Assembly (NCBI GenBank): GCA_030141605.1
Contig: JAQGDQ010000209.1
Location: forward strand, 186,001-250,000
Direction: 5' to 3'
Origin: Tubiluchus corallicola
Lineage: Eukaryota > Animalia > Priapulida
Length of the DNA: 64,000 nucleotides
In this document: positions 24,139-36,822 of the stretch, piece by piece
Position numbering within the stretch: position 1 is the stretch's first letter
Layout: every line of letters begins with the position of its first letter
Translations under genes and position numbers: made by a program
Notes under the pieces: generated by a model
Databases searched by the model: none
Seen by the model: the letters and a program-made list of their open reading frames with translations, nothing else
Told to the model about the DNA's origin: nothing

Positions 24139-27100
24139 TGTGGCACATTCTCTTTCAGTTCTCCAAGACTGACATCTTTTCATGGAATCTCGCCCATGTT
24201 AGTACTATAATGAACGATCACTGCGTCGCTTGGGTTTCATTCAAACAATTCAAGTTTGTTATGCTTCCTAGTAATTTGACGTAGAAACCACAACATGACG
24301 TGAATAAAGGTAGTACAGAGACAACGATTACGCAATTTTTTGTAAACCTGCACACCTGCCATATGCTGTCATCATTAGTAAGCTAGAATTAAAACTGTAT
24401 GTTAGAATTATTCATGAAGGAAACGATCCTTAGATACTACACTCCGCATACAAAGTCGTGTTCACATCTGTGAAGACCTGTTTCAATGATGGAAAACACT
24501 GTTTCAAATATGCAAAGATAAGTTGCTATATAGTTTCTGTGAAACCGTCACGCATTTCTCATTAACGTATCAAATTATGCATCGTCAACTTGTAACTGGT
24601 TATATTAATATTATTTGATACACTTTTGTTCCAAACCTTGGATGCCGCTTGGCAGTTATCAGAATTACTCTACTCTACTGATCTAAGTTAATTGCCTCGT
24701 ATTCGTAATAAATAACAATCTTGGTGGTTCCACCGCACACATTAACCATATTCATTAGTGTCATTTGTGGTAACAGTTGTTGTGTATCAATTAAGAACAA
24801 GAAATGCATAATCAAGGACTTCCCACGCTCCAAACTAACATTTAACCAAGCCGCCATTATGTCTCCATAACTCCTGCTCGGCAGCTCAGAATAAGGCGGG
24901 AAGGTATTAAAGCAAAATAGCATGAATCTTTCATCCTGCAAACTCCGCCTTCCAATGGATTAATGAAATAATGATTAATACATGACGTAATGGGTTTCCC
25001 CTGTCAGTTGCCAGATTTAAAATAACTCATGTTGTGTGCTGCTAACAGGCTCTGTCTCCTGGCATGTCACTGGATCAGTAACAAATCAACCTCTCTAGCA
25101 AGCAAGCTAACGATTAACGTTAGCCCTGCTTCCCCTCTCAAGTTTGGATAAGCGGCTAGCCCTCCCCGCCCCTTAACTATAACAGCATGAGGTCATGATA
25201 ACCAGAATGACTTGGTTTCTCATTGGAGCAATAGAAGCCACTCTGAATGAAAGAATTTTCGCCCCCTTCTTAACTGGCTGAAGTGTCACCATTCACTGCC
25301 CTAGTAGGTGTAGTTGCAAAGCTGAAAATGTTGTATTCTTATTAATTGTGACGTTTGGAAGCACTTTGATTTGCATTACATTATCATGATGAATTATACA
25401 TATATTGTGATTTGTTGCAGGAACTTCAGATACGTGTTATTCTAATTTTATACGTGTTTATACCAATAATTAAAGTCGCTAGTTTATATTGATATCAGGA
25501 GTTCAGAAAGCTTAACGTTACCTCAGTCACAACAAAGCTGCAATAAGATTATCTTTTATCAATTTACAACCAGCAACTCTTCATTACCAATGAACTCAGT
25601 TTTTTAGTAAATACAAAATGTCCATATCAAAAAGCATGCTAATCTCATAACGAATTTTAAATCCTGTACGAACTAGCCGCGCCCTTTAAATCCAGTGTGT
25701 TGGGAATAACGGTTTTTATTTTTAAAATTTATTTAACCGAAAAAAGCAGGAGAGCTCGACTTTGTTCCAAGTTAAAAAAAAATCTACTTTCCAGAACCAA
25801 GTAAACGTGAAATTGTTAGCATTGCATCTTTGTATTTGGTTATATTGTTTAGCTAACAAAAAACCAAGAACAGGTGATTAAAATATGTGCTTCATTATTA
25901 AAGAAAGTTACATAATGATATTTACAATGAGATGATTGAGCATGATTTTTGGCCTACCACATACTGACAATAAACGTCCTAGCTCTACGTTTTAGATTAA
26001 ACGTTTACAAAACTGCATACTATAAATTACGTAAGCCTTAGGATATTCTCAGTAAGAAGCCTCTGATAAAAAACATAGGGATGAATAGACTACTATGCTA
26101 ACTCAACTTGATACAGGTTAAAAACAAATTATAATATACATCAGAAGAAGCCTATTGGAAATAGGAGATAGTTCATTTAATGGGCAATTAGGCAGAACGC
26201 CAAGTAATACAATCAGATTTATTCAGGAAATTTGTATGTTCGTTAATGGCAGATCCAGGCAAGCAGCTAATCAGTAAGAATAAACACTGTGCCTCGAGAT
26301 AGGCCATACTGGCTCATTTCTCGACACAGTGTCTATACTTGCGGATAGAGGGCACCAGTTATCATACTGCAGTAAATATATAGGTACTCTGTGCTTACAT
26401 AATCCCACTCACGCATTGCATCTCGGTTTAGGGCATGTTCCTATTTATACTGACGATAGCAATAAATAGTATCATTGAAAGGTACCAAATTTCAAGATAG
26501 TGTAACAGGACTACACAAATGGCTTGACGACACGTGTGCACACGTCTTACACATCTCAATCCAGTTCCCCTGATTGAAACGGTCTTGAAAACAATTTGTG
26601 TTCCGTATTTAATTTACATTTTCAGATACTAGACACGCAAAATGTGGTTTGTCCCTCCCTTATAAATATCATACATGAGATCATGATAGTCTAGATTATA
26701 AAATTATTAGCACAAAAAGCAACTCAAGTCGAAGGAAATGGCATTACGTTCGAAAACATTCCAGATAAAAAGATAAAAGTAACAAGGAGTTAACGTGTAA
26801 ATTTTCATTTGTTTATTTAAACTTTATTTTAACAAATACAAAATCTTTATAAAAATTAAAATTACGCTAAAAACTAAAAAACACTATATATCATGAAGAA
26901 ATATATACAAAAAGGTATAATAAAAAATATATATAGAATTTAAAACTCCAGGACATCAGTTAAGAATCAGCTGTTACTACGCCAGTAAGAAAGAACATAA
27001 TTATCCATGGAATTTGTGAACTCAGTGATTCGTGTTCTTAAACTATACGCATAATTTTGCAACAGTACTTTATACTACTGTAGTATAACATTTTATACTA

Positions 27101-27807
27101 CAGAACGAACGAAATAGTATTGTTCTCGAACAAGAGTTAAATTTAGTTAACAATATAGTAGATCTATGATTGCTAGCTATAATTATAGCCACTTTTACTA
27201 CAATGCATGTCTACGGAAATTCTTGGATTTGTATATATGCATATAAAGCCAATCATAAATTGCAACTGAATGTTGCTTTTACAAGGAACAGTATTTTTAC
27301 AAAATAAGAAAAATGTGGAAAACGTTAATAACAGTTGCTTATCTATCGTTGTACATAAGCTAGAGCGAATTGTAATACACAGCTTTTCTTAAAAAATCCA
27401 CAATCACAGAATAAAACAACGGCATTGCGACTGGCTGCCTACTACAGGTAATTATAAAGATATGTCTAGTGTGCATGTTAATTAAATGCTAAAGGTTCCT
27501 TAACTACTTAGCAGCAGGCGGCTATCTTATTGTTATTTTACAATTAACTTTTAGTCAGTGTCCATGGTTTTTACAAGCTACACGCTTCTCGAGCATTTGT
27601 GGACTTTTCTTTGTATATCGGATATCACGTTTGCCATTACTGGTCAGGACCAGCGGTTGCGGCCAGATATCGTTTGTTATTGCACCCGAAGTAGCAGTGA
27701 CCGTAATTTTCAAACATTTACACAATTAGAAGATTAAAGTAGCAGTATCCAGAATTATTAATACAAATAATTATTACTGTCTTGGTTATCCTTGTATATT
27801 AGGTATT

Positions 27808-28425
27808 TTAACCTTGTATGGAATAACGTAGTGAAGCCTCTCTAACAATAGAATAATTATTAACCATACTGTACGGATTATCCGGTTCAAGAACATGATC
27901 AGCAATCACTGGTTCTGCAAGAGTAGTTCGTCTGGCCCTAAACGGATGTGCCAAAGAAATGATTTCTGCCATGTCTTTGGCTACAATCACGGCAAAGATG
28001 CTAGCTATCACGGAAGCGCAGGTCACCAATGCCAGCAAAAGATAAGCCCACCATAACAAATTTGACACTGTCACCCATTCATAAATGGCAAAGCAAGCTA
28101 CTTCCGTTGCAAATAATACTGAAATAATGGAATGTGCGTAGGTCACGCTTAATTTACATTTTCTATTTCTCGTCAGAATTCCGCACACGCCCCCACTGAC
28201 CACAATGGCGCCTGCTACAGCTGCTATAATGTCAAAAATTCCCACTAGTTCAAGTTCTTTATAGCCAATTATAACAGCAATAATTTCGGAGACAGTAATG
28301 ATGACGCCGGTAAAGATTAGAACGATAGAACAGATGAATACTTGATGTAGACGATGGTGAAATTCTGACACTGATATTAAAGGAACATTTGGGGCATCTG
28401 TTTGCACGCTAAGTCCTGGATCCAT
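27808..28425 (-). CDS. Four-transmembrane MS4A/CD20-like membrane protein (205 aa, single coding exon)
   Basis: Intact ATG-to-TAA ORF with four hydrophobic segments, a GAIVVSGGVCGI segment followed by a basic loop (RNRKCK), and a Tyr-containing cytoplasmic tail. A splice acceptor at ~28525 suggests a 5'UTR intron. The family call rests on topology only. Confidence 0.7.
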   Translation of the reverse strand: MDPGLSVQTDAPNVPLISVSEFHHRLHQVFICSIVLIFTGVIITVSEIIAVIIGYKELELVGIFDIIAAVAGAIVVSGGVCGILTRNRKCKLSVTYAHSIISVLFATEVACFAIYEWVTVSNLLWWAYLLLALVTCASVIASIFAVIVAKDMAEIISLAHPFRARRTTLAEPVIADHVLEPDNPYSMVNNYSIVREASLRYSIQG

Positions 28426-29029
28426 TTTAAGCCCTTTTGTAGCAGAATCATTAGCCTAATCCTGGCACATGTAGAAAATACTACAATTTTCGCCGGCTCC
28501 CTTTCAGATGTGAACAAGTTCTATCTGAGAGAAACAGAAACGATGAATCATATTAATTTAAACAAACTCCAGAGATATAAGCAAAGGAAGATTTATATCA
28601 AATGCTGTTGTTCTGTTACTGTTAATTCAGTTTCTCCTGGCAAAATATTTTCAGAAATAGTCAATTGTTTGTGAAAAATAATCATATGCACCTGTAATGC
28701 AAGAAGTGAAAATGTTTTGTTATGCTCTGTCAGTGACTCCGAATTCAACGTGAATTAATTGTATTAAAAAGGAAATGGTGGCTAGTAAATCAGTATAGGT
28801 ATCTCAAAAAATTGTACTTTATTATCGCTATCAACAGAGCAAGGTGTTTTCAGCACACGCAGACACTAAACGTTTCTAGACGAAAACTTGTTTTATACGC
28901 ATAACGTAGGCTATTATTTTCATGATAGCTCATATTCGCGCAAATAAGTATATTCGCATATTTTATACAAATTTGAAAAACAGCATTGTTATTACTAGAT
29001 AGCATATATAATAGTATATATATATTATT

Positions 29030-29152
29030 GTCACCCATTCACAAATGGCGAAGCGAACTACTATCGTTGCAAATAATACTAAAATAATTCCGCATACGCC
29101 CCCACTGACGACAAAGGCACCTGATACAGCTGCTATAAAAATTCCTTCCAGT
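29030..29152 (-). pseudogene. Partial, internally deleted copy of the adjacent four-TM gene
   Basis: Aligns to 28070-28249 with 51-bp and 6-bp deletions plus point changes. Confidence 0.8.
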
Positions 29153-29173
29153 ATACAAATTTATACACATATA

Positions 29174-29207
<34 letters not shown>

Positions 29208-30329
29208 AACTAAGTTATGCTGCGTATATATATCTTACCAGCGTAAAAACTTTGTCTTTCAGACGTTTCTTTTCACATTTAAAATTATCTTTATTTAGCC
29301 ACACCACTGTGTTTGTTGTATCATGATTGTGAAGAAATCTACTCGAACGTGGACTTTGAACTGAATGTTGAATGGTATCCACTCCAAAGATATCCACATT
29401 TTGTAGGAGTCTAGGTGTTTTATATATAGCTGCGCACTAAGTTATTAACCTACTATGCTTACAGTGGTAACCAGGTAGGCTATGCAGAAAAAGCAATAAT
29501 ATGGTTTTTGCAGAAGTATAATAAAAGACGCCTAGAAACGAGGATAAAAAAATCGATAAAAGGGTTGATCACACTGAAAGTGCTCATAACTTGCTTGTAG
29601 GACAATGACAACTGCGAGTTGCTACGTACTTAATATTGCCAGACACTTTATGCACAAGTATTATACCCATACCCTATTACACTATTATTATTTTTGTTGT
29701 CTTGTTAGGCATTCAGTATTAGGCATCGACTCATAGTGTTGAATAGTTCGAAAGCTAAAATACGCAGAGTTATAAAACATGCGATCTACTATTGCTTAAA
29801 ACGCTTCTCAGAAGAGCTAGAGGTTACTCTCATCAAAATTAACTTATTGGGAAACAAATCTTATGTGTGTGACAACGTCAACATGAAACATGAGCACAGC
29901 ATCAAAAATCATATTGGTACATTGCCACACATCACAAGACCAATACGTATAACATTATCTACTTGTACATTCATACAAATAATCATAGCAGCATAATTAA
30001 AGCAGGTTTTGTTACATACCAGGTAGCAGGCCATATTTTCATATTTGAAATAATAAAAAACAATTAACTTATATGAAAGCAAAACTAAACTATTATAACT
30101 AGACGTTGTACTAAAAGCTTTAGCCAAGAAGATTATAATCAAGACAAGCATTATAGACAGGTATCACACGGGCATTATAGAGACAGGCATGAACTTTAGA
30201 CAGGCATTAGAATCAACCCAACAGTCCGCTAGCTGTCTATTTAGCCAGTTCAGTCGTACATTTAAAGAATTATTTAAATAAGTATGCCACCATTAGTTAA
30301 CTAGAAAAGAAAGAATATCGTTCCGCAAC

Positions 30330-31540
30330 CTTTGATTACTCATGGCATACCAAAATCGATACAAAAGGCAAGTGTACAAACCTCATCAACTGTCAAATTC
30401 ATTGCCAAAAAGATCCCCATATTTAATGTAGCAAGCTAAATCACTTAATAGAGTTCCAAAGAAAAAGTACTATGACCACATTTTAATCTCAATAAAAATA
30501 ATAATGATATTTTGTAAGGAGATAAATAAGGAGTTTAATTAATGATATTATTAAAAGAAACGCAAAAAGTGAAATTACCACCACTAAAATAAAACAGAGT
30601 GGTCATACAACAACGATTGACCAACGGTCAACGAGTGGGACAAATATGGCTGCACAAATACTTAAAACACATATTAGACTAAAAATAATCAAAATGTCAG
30701 TTTTTTTATTTTAAACTCAATTGCCGAATATGCCGAATATTGCCGAAAACTCAATTGCCTATCTCTGACGCAAGGTATTTTCCCTGACAGTTTAAAAGTA
30801 ACTAAATTAGTACCAATTTGTAAATCTAACATACCAGAAAACCCATATGACTACCACACAATATCGATACTAACACCAATCGCGAAACTAGTTTAAGATG
30901 TGATGTATAAAAGAACTAATAATTTTTTAACTATAAATAATGTGCTATCAAAATTCCAATTTGGATTTTGAAAGAATTATTCTATTTTTCTAGCAACTGC
31001 AGAAATAGTGAACACTCTAGTACACATTTACACAGGTAATAAATTGCACACATTTGACTTATTTCTATATCTGTTAAAGGCTTCTGATATGGAAGTACAG
31101 CACACCGCTCTAAATTAGAATCTTATGGCACCCTTGGAACAGCATTAACTCTAAATAAATCTTACTTAACTAACAGACAGCATTATACGACAATCAATAA
31201 CACAAATTCAAATTATGAAATAATGATATGTGGCATACCCCATGGATCGACACTAGGGCCACTGTTATTTCTGTTGTGCGTGAACGACCGATCACACTGT
31301 ACTGTTCAAAATTTAACTCCAGGTTATTCGCAGACGGCATTAATCTGTTCCTATCAGACAATAATGTAAATAATCTAGAGACAAACACTAATGTGTAATT
31401 ATCCAAAATCGGTTGCTGGATGCACGCTAATCAATTATCCGAAAATTTTAAAAAACCAAATTCATGCTCATTGAACCATCTTTCCGTTTAACTGGTCAAC
31501 GATCTCATGTGGGAACATTCAATATATTGCTGTATAAAAC
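30330..31540 (+). mobile_element. Degenerate CR1/L2-type LINE reverse transcriptase remnant
   Basis: Broken translation: KLVPICKS..YHTISILTPIAK..SKFQFGF*KNYS..KSYLTNRQHYT..CGIPHGSTLGPLLFLLCVND..LFADGINLF..WMHANQL; multiple stops and frameshifts. Confidence 0.85.
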
Positions 31541-31892
31541 TCTGCTGGCAAATTGTTCAAAATTAGTATATAGTCTGTTTGCTAAGCGAAACTCTAACGA
31601 ACATGCACACAAAGTTTAGTTTTCCAAAAATAAAATTAAGTTACTGATTGGGACATCGCAAAATCCGAAAGATTCGTGTTTTTGACCCGCACATTACAAA
31701 TAAGTCTCACCAAGTTATTCATTCAGATTGGCCCGGGCACCCTTACGGAAAATTTATGTCTTTACCTGTAGGTAAACACTAAACATGCATAAAACATAAT
31801 TGATTCCATTCCTACCCATAGAAACGTCCATGCGCCTCTGTGACCTACAGTACAGTTGACTCCTGCGTGCCTGTAAGCATGTCTGTGAAGGG

Positions 31893-32813
31893 TGTGACGA
31901 TGTAGTCTAATTTTCGCTATTGCAAATAGGTGGTTCGTGACTTAAATGTAACACTTGGGTAAAGAATAAAACACTTAGTCGAAAACACTGGGAAAACAAC
32001 CACTCAATTAATAGAATCATATAAGAATTTAATTAATATCCCAAAATACATTGCAAGACAAATATTAATAATAAAGATTAAGCTGGCTAAGGAAAAAAGG
32101 AAAACGTAACATTTTTCACCAGTTCTGTTTTGGCATCATCAAGCGACTTTTCTCCTGCTTCCATCCCGCGTAGTCTTTCTCTGACTCCTCGCCAGGGGGC
32201 TTCATCGAGAAATGGTGTACCATAGAACGGCTGGCCACACTTCTTCATGTATCCGACTACGTGAACGACGTCTCCAAACTTTGACGACTCCTGATGACGT
32301 CTTCGCCTCCACTTATATGACGCCAAAATATAGTAGCATTCGAACTCCTGTACTCGTCACAAGGTAAGGATCACCAATTTCGTAATCACAGCATGGAAGC
32401 ACCAAGGACGGTATCATCAACGTCAGGTAAATACGGGGAAGTATCATCAGCAGCAGATATCACGACAACTGGTAAGTATAATCTTTAATAAGTTATGTAT
32501 CATCAGCGTCAGGAAAATGTATCAGCAACAGGTAAGTATCATCGCTGAAACTCAGCTATCATCTCTGTCGTAACTATGTAGACAGATCGCTTTTTTACAA
32601 GCAAGCACCGCTCCTACTAAACCATCATTCTGTGACATGAGAACGTCCGCTTAACTCGACAACTTAAAGCGGAATCCCTGGGCGAACTGAACAGCCATAC
32701 CGTTAAGCAGTTTAACTAAACTTCTTTTATAAAAATTGAAAATAATAAATGGTGGAATTATAACAGTAGGAACTAGTTACATAACCTGGCCTAAAATAAG
32801 CCTGAGCGTTACA
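31893..32813 (-). mobile_element. Probable solo LTR (~920 bp)
   Basis: Termini TGTGACG...CGTTACA, flanked by near-identical 5-bp sequences AAGGG and ACGGG. Orientation is inferred from an ATTAAA signal on the minus strand. Confidence 0.65.
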
Positions 32814-32899
32814 ACGGGTTTTCGGCAGCATGCCTTCAGCTGCTAGACATTTTAGCGCGAACTCCGCGTTCAACCACCACATTGACTCTCACTCCAGGT

Positions 32900-33460
32900 A
32901 GACAGGGCCTGGCAGGTAAATCTCCCTTCGATTTGTGGAAAGAATTTTTCACTGATGTTTTCACGAGATCGTGCATTAGTCAATTCTTTACGCAACACGT
33001 GATAAAAATCGGGCCGATTTCAACATTCAGAAAGATGAGTTGTATGTGTTTTTTGGTATAACGTTACTTTCGGGTTACAACAGACTTCCTAGTAAGCAAT
33101 GTTACTGGAGCAATGCGCAGGACTTGGGCTTTTCAATTGTGAAGGAATCGATGAGCTCAAAGCGATTTTTATGCATCAAGAGATATCTCCATCTTGCTGA
33201 TAATCAAAATTTGTCTGCTGGAAAGCTACCGAAAGTTAGCCCTCTGTTCGACGCACTGAATGAATCGCTCAAAAAATTTGGCCTCCTTGATTCTCATCTC
33301 AGCATCGACGAATCAATGGTTCCGTATTCCGGAAGACACAGCGCTAAGCAATTTATAAGAGGAAAGCCTATTCGTTTTGGCTACAAACTGTAGGCCATAT
33401 GTGCAAATAATCGGTTCCCTTACCATCTGGAGGTGTACGTAGGCAGCAAACCAAATGAAC
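32900..33460 (+). mobile_element. piggyBac-family transposase remnant (PGBD-like)
   Basis: ORF 33040-33393 has [48 protein letters not shown], then an in-frame stop where Trp is expected. Homology continues as AICANNRFPYHLEVYVG. Confidence 0.9.
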
Positions 33461-33805
33461 AGAAGTCTAACGTCATATAAAAATTTTATATCTTAGAATA
33501 TAATTTGTCTATGACATAATACGAAGTGTTTAAGCACGTAAATACAGTTTGTTTTTTAAATTTACCTAACCAAATTAATTTTAGGTATGTTTATCAGTTT
33601 AATTTTAATTTTGTCTTTCTCGGTTAATAACTTCAGCACTTTTTAACTCTGCTCCTTCGTGAATTTTGTATCTTTTATTTTAATGACACAGCAATACATT
33701 TTTTATCTGTAGTTTTCTGGACAAAATAAATGATTACTTTTGAGCCTTAAAAGGCCATTTTGACCCTTTGTTCTTTGATGACAACACATAACGTCAAATC
33801 AACTA

Positions 33806-33997
33806 CAGTTAAGCCTCGTTATAACGTTCTCCTTTATAATGCCAACTTCACTTTATGCCCAAATTTTTAGCAATACAAAATGTCAACATTTGCATAAAAA
33901 TGTATGTATTAATGCGCCTTGATATAATGCCAAACTTGCTATAACACCAGCTTTTTTGCAGTCCCAAACTAGGCGGCGGTATGCAGAGGTATGACTG
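33806..33997. mobile_element. Tc1/mariner-pogo type MITE
   Basis: TA|CAGTTAAGCCTC ... GAGGTATGACTG|TA; a related copy lies at 50006-50187. Confidence 0.75.
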
Positions 33998-35105
33998 TAT
34001 ATGACGTTCGATGCCTATGAGGCACCCTGTATTTGTGCGCTACCAACACTGAAGGTTAAACTGAAGCATGTATATAAAACATCCTGTACATAGAAGCAGA
34101 AACTTATTGGACAATAAAATGTTCTTGGGATATTAAATTCCAATTTATCATGTAAGCTTAGAAACAAACGCGTTTCTTAAACCCGGGACTTATAAAGCTT
34201 CTGAAAAAAGGACTTAGAAAATGTAGTATGCAAAAAATTTGACATTACTAGCATCACAAATAACCCAACAGAAAGCTGTAGTATATAAAAACAACGTATA
34301 TTATTATAATCAATCACTCCATTAAAAGTGTATACACAAACGAAAAAATCAGTACAAATATTATCAATGTTTTAAACAAAAACCAATATGACTTTTCATT
34401 CCAGGCAGCCATTATGACTTTTCAATCCAGACAGTCTATTGTTGCTGTTCATTACAGACACATTATAACTTTTCATAGCAGACAGTCCATTATGACCTTT
34501 CAATCCACTCAGTCCATTATGTCTATTCAATCCAGAAGTCAAAAACCTAGGAAACCTCTTTAGCAGACAAAATTCCTGCACAAGTGCTTATAAGGTTCAT
34601 ACAAAATGAAAATTATTTATTCAGCAAACTATAACAAAGATTAGTTATATTTTCTTTAATACAGCTGTAAGATAACTGAAATGCTCAAACATACTTACTT
34701 CCAAGTTATAAGATATTCACATATGAAAATTTTCTGCTACTGTGAGAACTAGTCGGGTAAGCACAGAACTTCTAAGTATACAAACATCAGCTTGGTTTAA
34801 TTGATTATGGATTAAGGAATTTTATTTAATCGTGTTTATGATTAAGGAAATAGTACAAAGTTAAAAAACTCGGAGTACAGCAAGTTGCACGTATTGATCA
34901 GATAATAACTTAAAGAAGAAGAAGGATGTAAGAGGATATTTTCAACAGTTTACATTTTCATAGTGATAAATTACACTGAAATCTATATGAGCAAGTATTA
35001 TAAAATATGGTGCTTTTGTAAACACTAACACATTTCATAACAAGTACATTAGAGCATTTTCAGTATTTTGGTAAATATCACTCTAATAAAATACAAACTG
35101 TACAC

Positions 35106-35491
35106 TAAGGGTGAGCATCAAACGTTCAAATTCGATTCGAACGAGTTTTATTAGTATTTGCCCCATTCGATTCAAACCTAAAACTACAGATTCGAATAAT
35201 TCAGCACTTCGATGTTCTTTATCATTAAAACGATTGAAACATCATGCAATTAGCATTTAGCTGCAATTACTGTGCACAATTTTACACAAATTATTGGTGG
35301 TTTTACTGCAGAACAAAATCGAGTAATATGCATGATAATTTTTAAGACTAACTTTTACTGGTGGTTCGAAAACTTGTTAGAAATCTTTCAATCTCAATTC
35401 GAATTCGAAATACTGAAGTTCGGTTCGATTCGATCTCGAAAGTCACAAACTCGATTCGATTTCGCCTTCTGGTAGAGAATGCTCACCCCTA
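35106..35491. mobile_element. hAT-like MITE with TTCGA-rich subterminal repeats
   Basis: Termini taagggtgagcat and atgctcaccccta, direct repeat TACACTA at both ends, many TTCGA motifs inside. A partial relative starts near 46585. Confidence 0.7.
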
Positions 35492-35773
35492 CACTACTTA
35501 CAATTTTAATTTTTTATGATTTGTCGCTGTCCTCACTGTCGGTTATTTGTAAACACATTTAAATACATGTTCTCATAATTCTAATAAGTGGCACTGCAGT
35601 TCACTGGATCTGCTTTTCAGCTGCTACAATGAGGATAGTATCATTAGTTTAACGAGTACAACAAAAATAGTGTAAAACAGACGAGTAACAGGTCTCCATC
35701 CAAACTGTGCAAATGCACATAACATTTCATAAGTCCTACACCAGCAGCAGGAGTCATACCCGCTTTTATACCA

Positions 35774-36010
35774 GGTGGCGTAACTCAATGGTAGTGTGAT
35801 TGCTTCCACTGGGAGGTCGCTGGTGCAACTCCTGACCGAGTCATACCAATGGTTTACAAATGGTCCTGCTGGTTCTTCGACCAAGCAAACAGGTTTATAG
35901 AAGTAACATGCGGGAAATAATAATTGGGGCTGCCTTGGAAATAAGTATTGAGTTACTTAAGGTGTTATCCCTGGATTATCTCCTAAACGAAATTATTATT
36001 ATATTATTAT
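35774..36010 (+). mobile_element. tRNA-derived SINE
   Basis: A-box-like GGCGTAACTCAATGGTAG and B-box-like GGTGCAACTCC at tRNA spacing, followed by an unrelated body and an (ATT)n tail. Confidence 0.65.
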
Positions 36011-36822
36011 AAACCGCTTAAAAACTGCAAAACATATTTATCACAATCGTGTGAAATAACAAGTAATAAATACATAATTTTTGTTATCAACTGTATATAG
36101 AAATGACAATTTCAACATTACAATTAGAACTAAAATGATTTAAGTGCAACAAAAGATGCATCTCAGTAAGATTCCAAATCTTGACACAAATTGTCATACA
36201 CTCCAACAATTACGACATGATAAACTTTTGTGATACATGTACGAAATAACGTGAGGCATAATTACGTGCCTTTGCTCAAACAGAAAAGTTACATTTTAGT
36301 TAAACTGAAACATTAACATGACAAAATACACAGACCTACCATAGACAAACACACCAGAAACTTGTGCAATTAATGACAAAACATCCCACGAGATTCACTT
36401 TGGCAGATCTTTCAATTTTCAGCTAAATATTTAACATTTCATACGTTACCAAAAAAGCTTTTTAATACCTTACAGCAGAACACAGATGACAGGTCTTGGT
36501 AATTTAAGAAAACGAATTTACAAAAATACACTAAAAGAAATTCTTATCTATTTCAAAGTTTCTTTCGCAGATGTTCGCAAACGTTATTATTATAGCATAA
36601 TCTAGTCAGGTTTCATAAAAAATGTTTAAACAAAAGAAGCAACTTGCTCAAAAGTTATGATATTTCAACATACATTACTTATACCATCCTAGTAGTTTCA
36701 CCTACCACTATCACTATGTACATTGAGATATCAACAAAACACAAAACTCTATGGTAGGATATTTTCACAGTACAAGTGTAATTTTCTTGCAACAGTAATT
36801 GAAGCCAGAGCTGAATTTATCA

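Noticed and set aside
32087-32326. 79-aa minus-strand ORF
   Set aside because: Lies inside the probable solo LTR, has a non-ATG start and shows no recognisable motif.
35774-35840. Possible tRNA gene
   Set aside because: The B box is degenerate, there is no clean cloverleaf, and it continues into a SINE-like body and tail.
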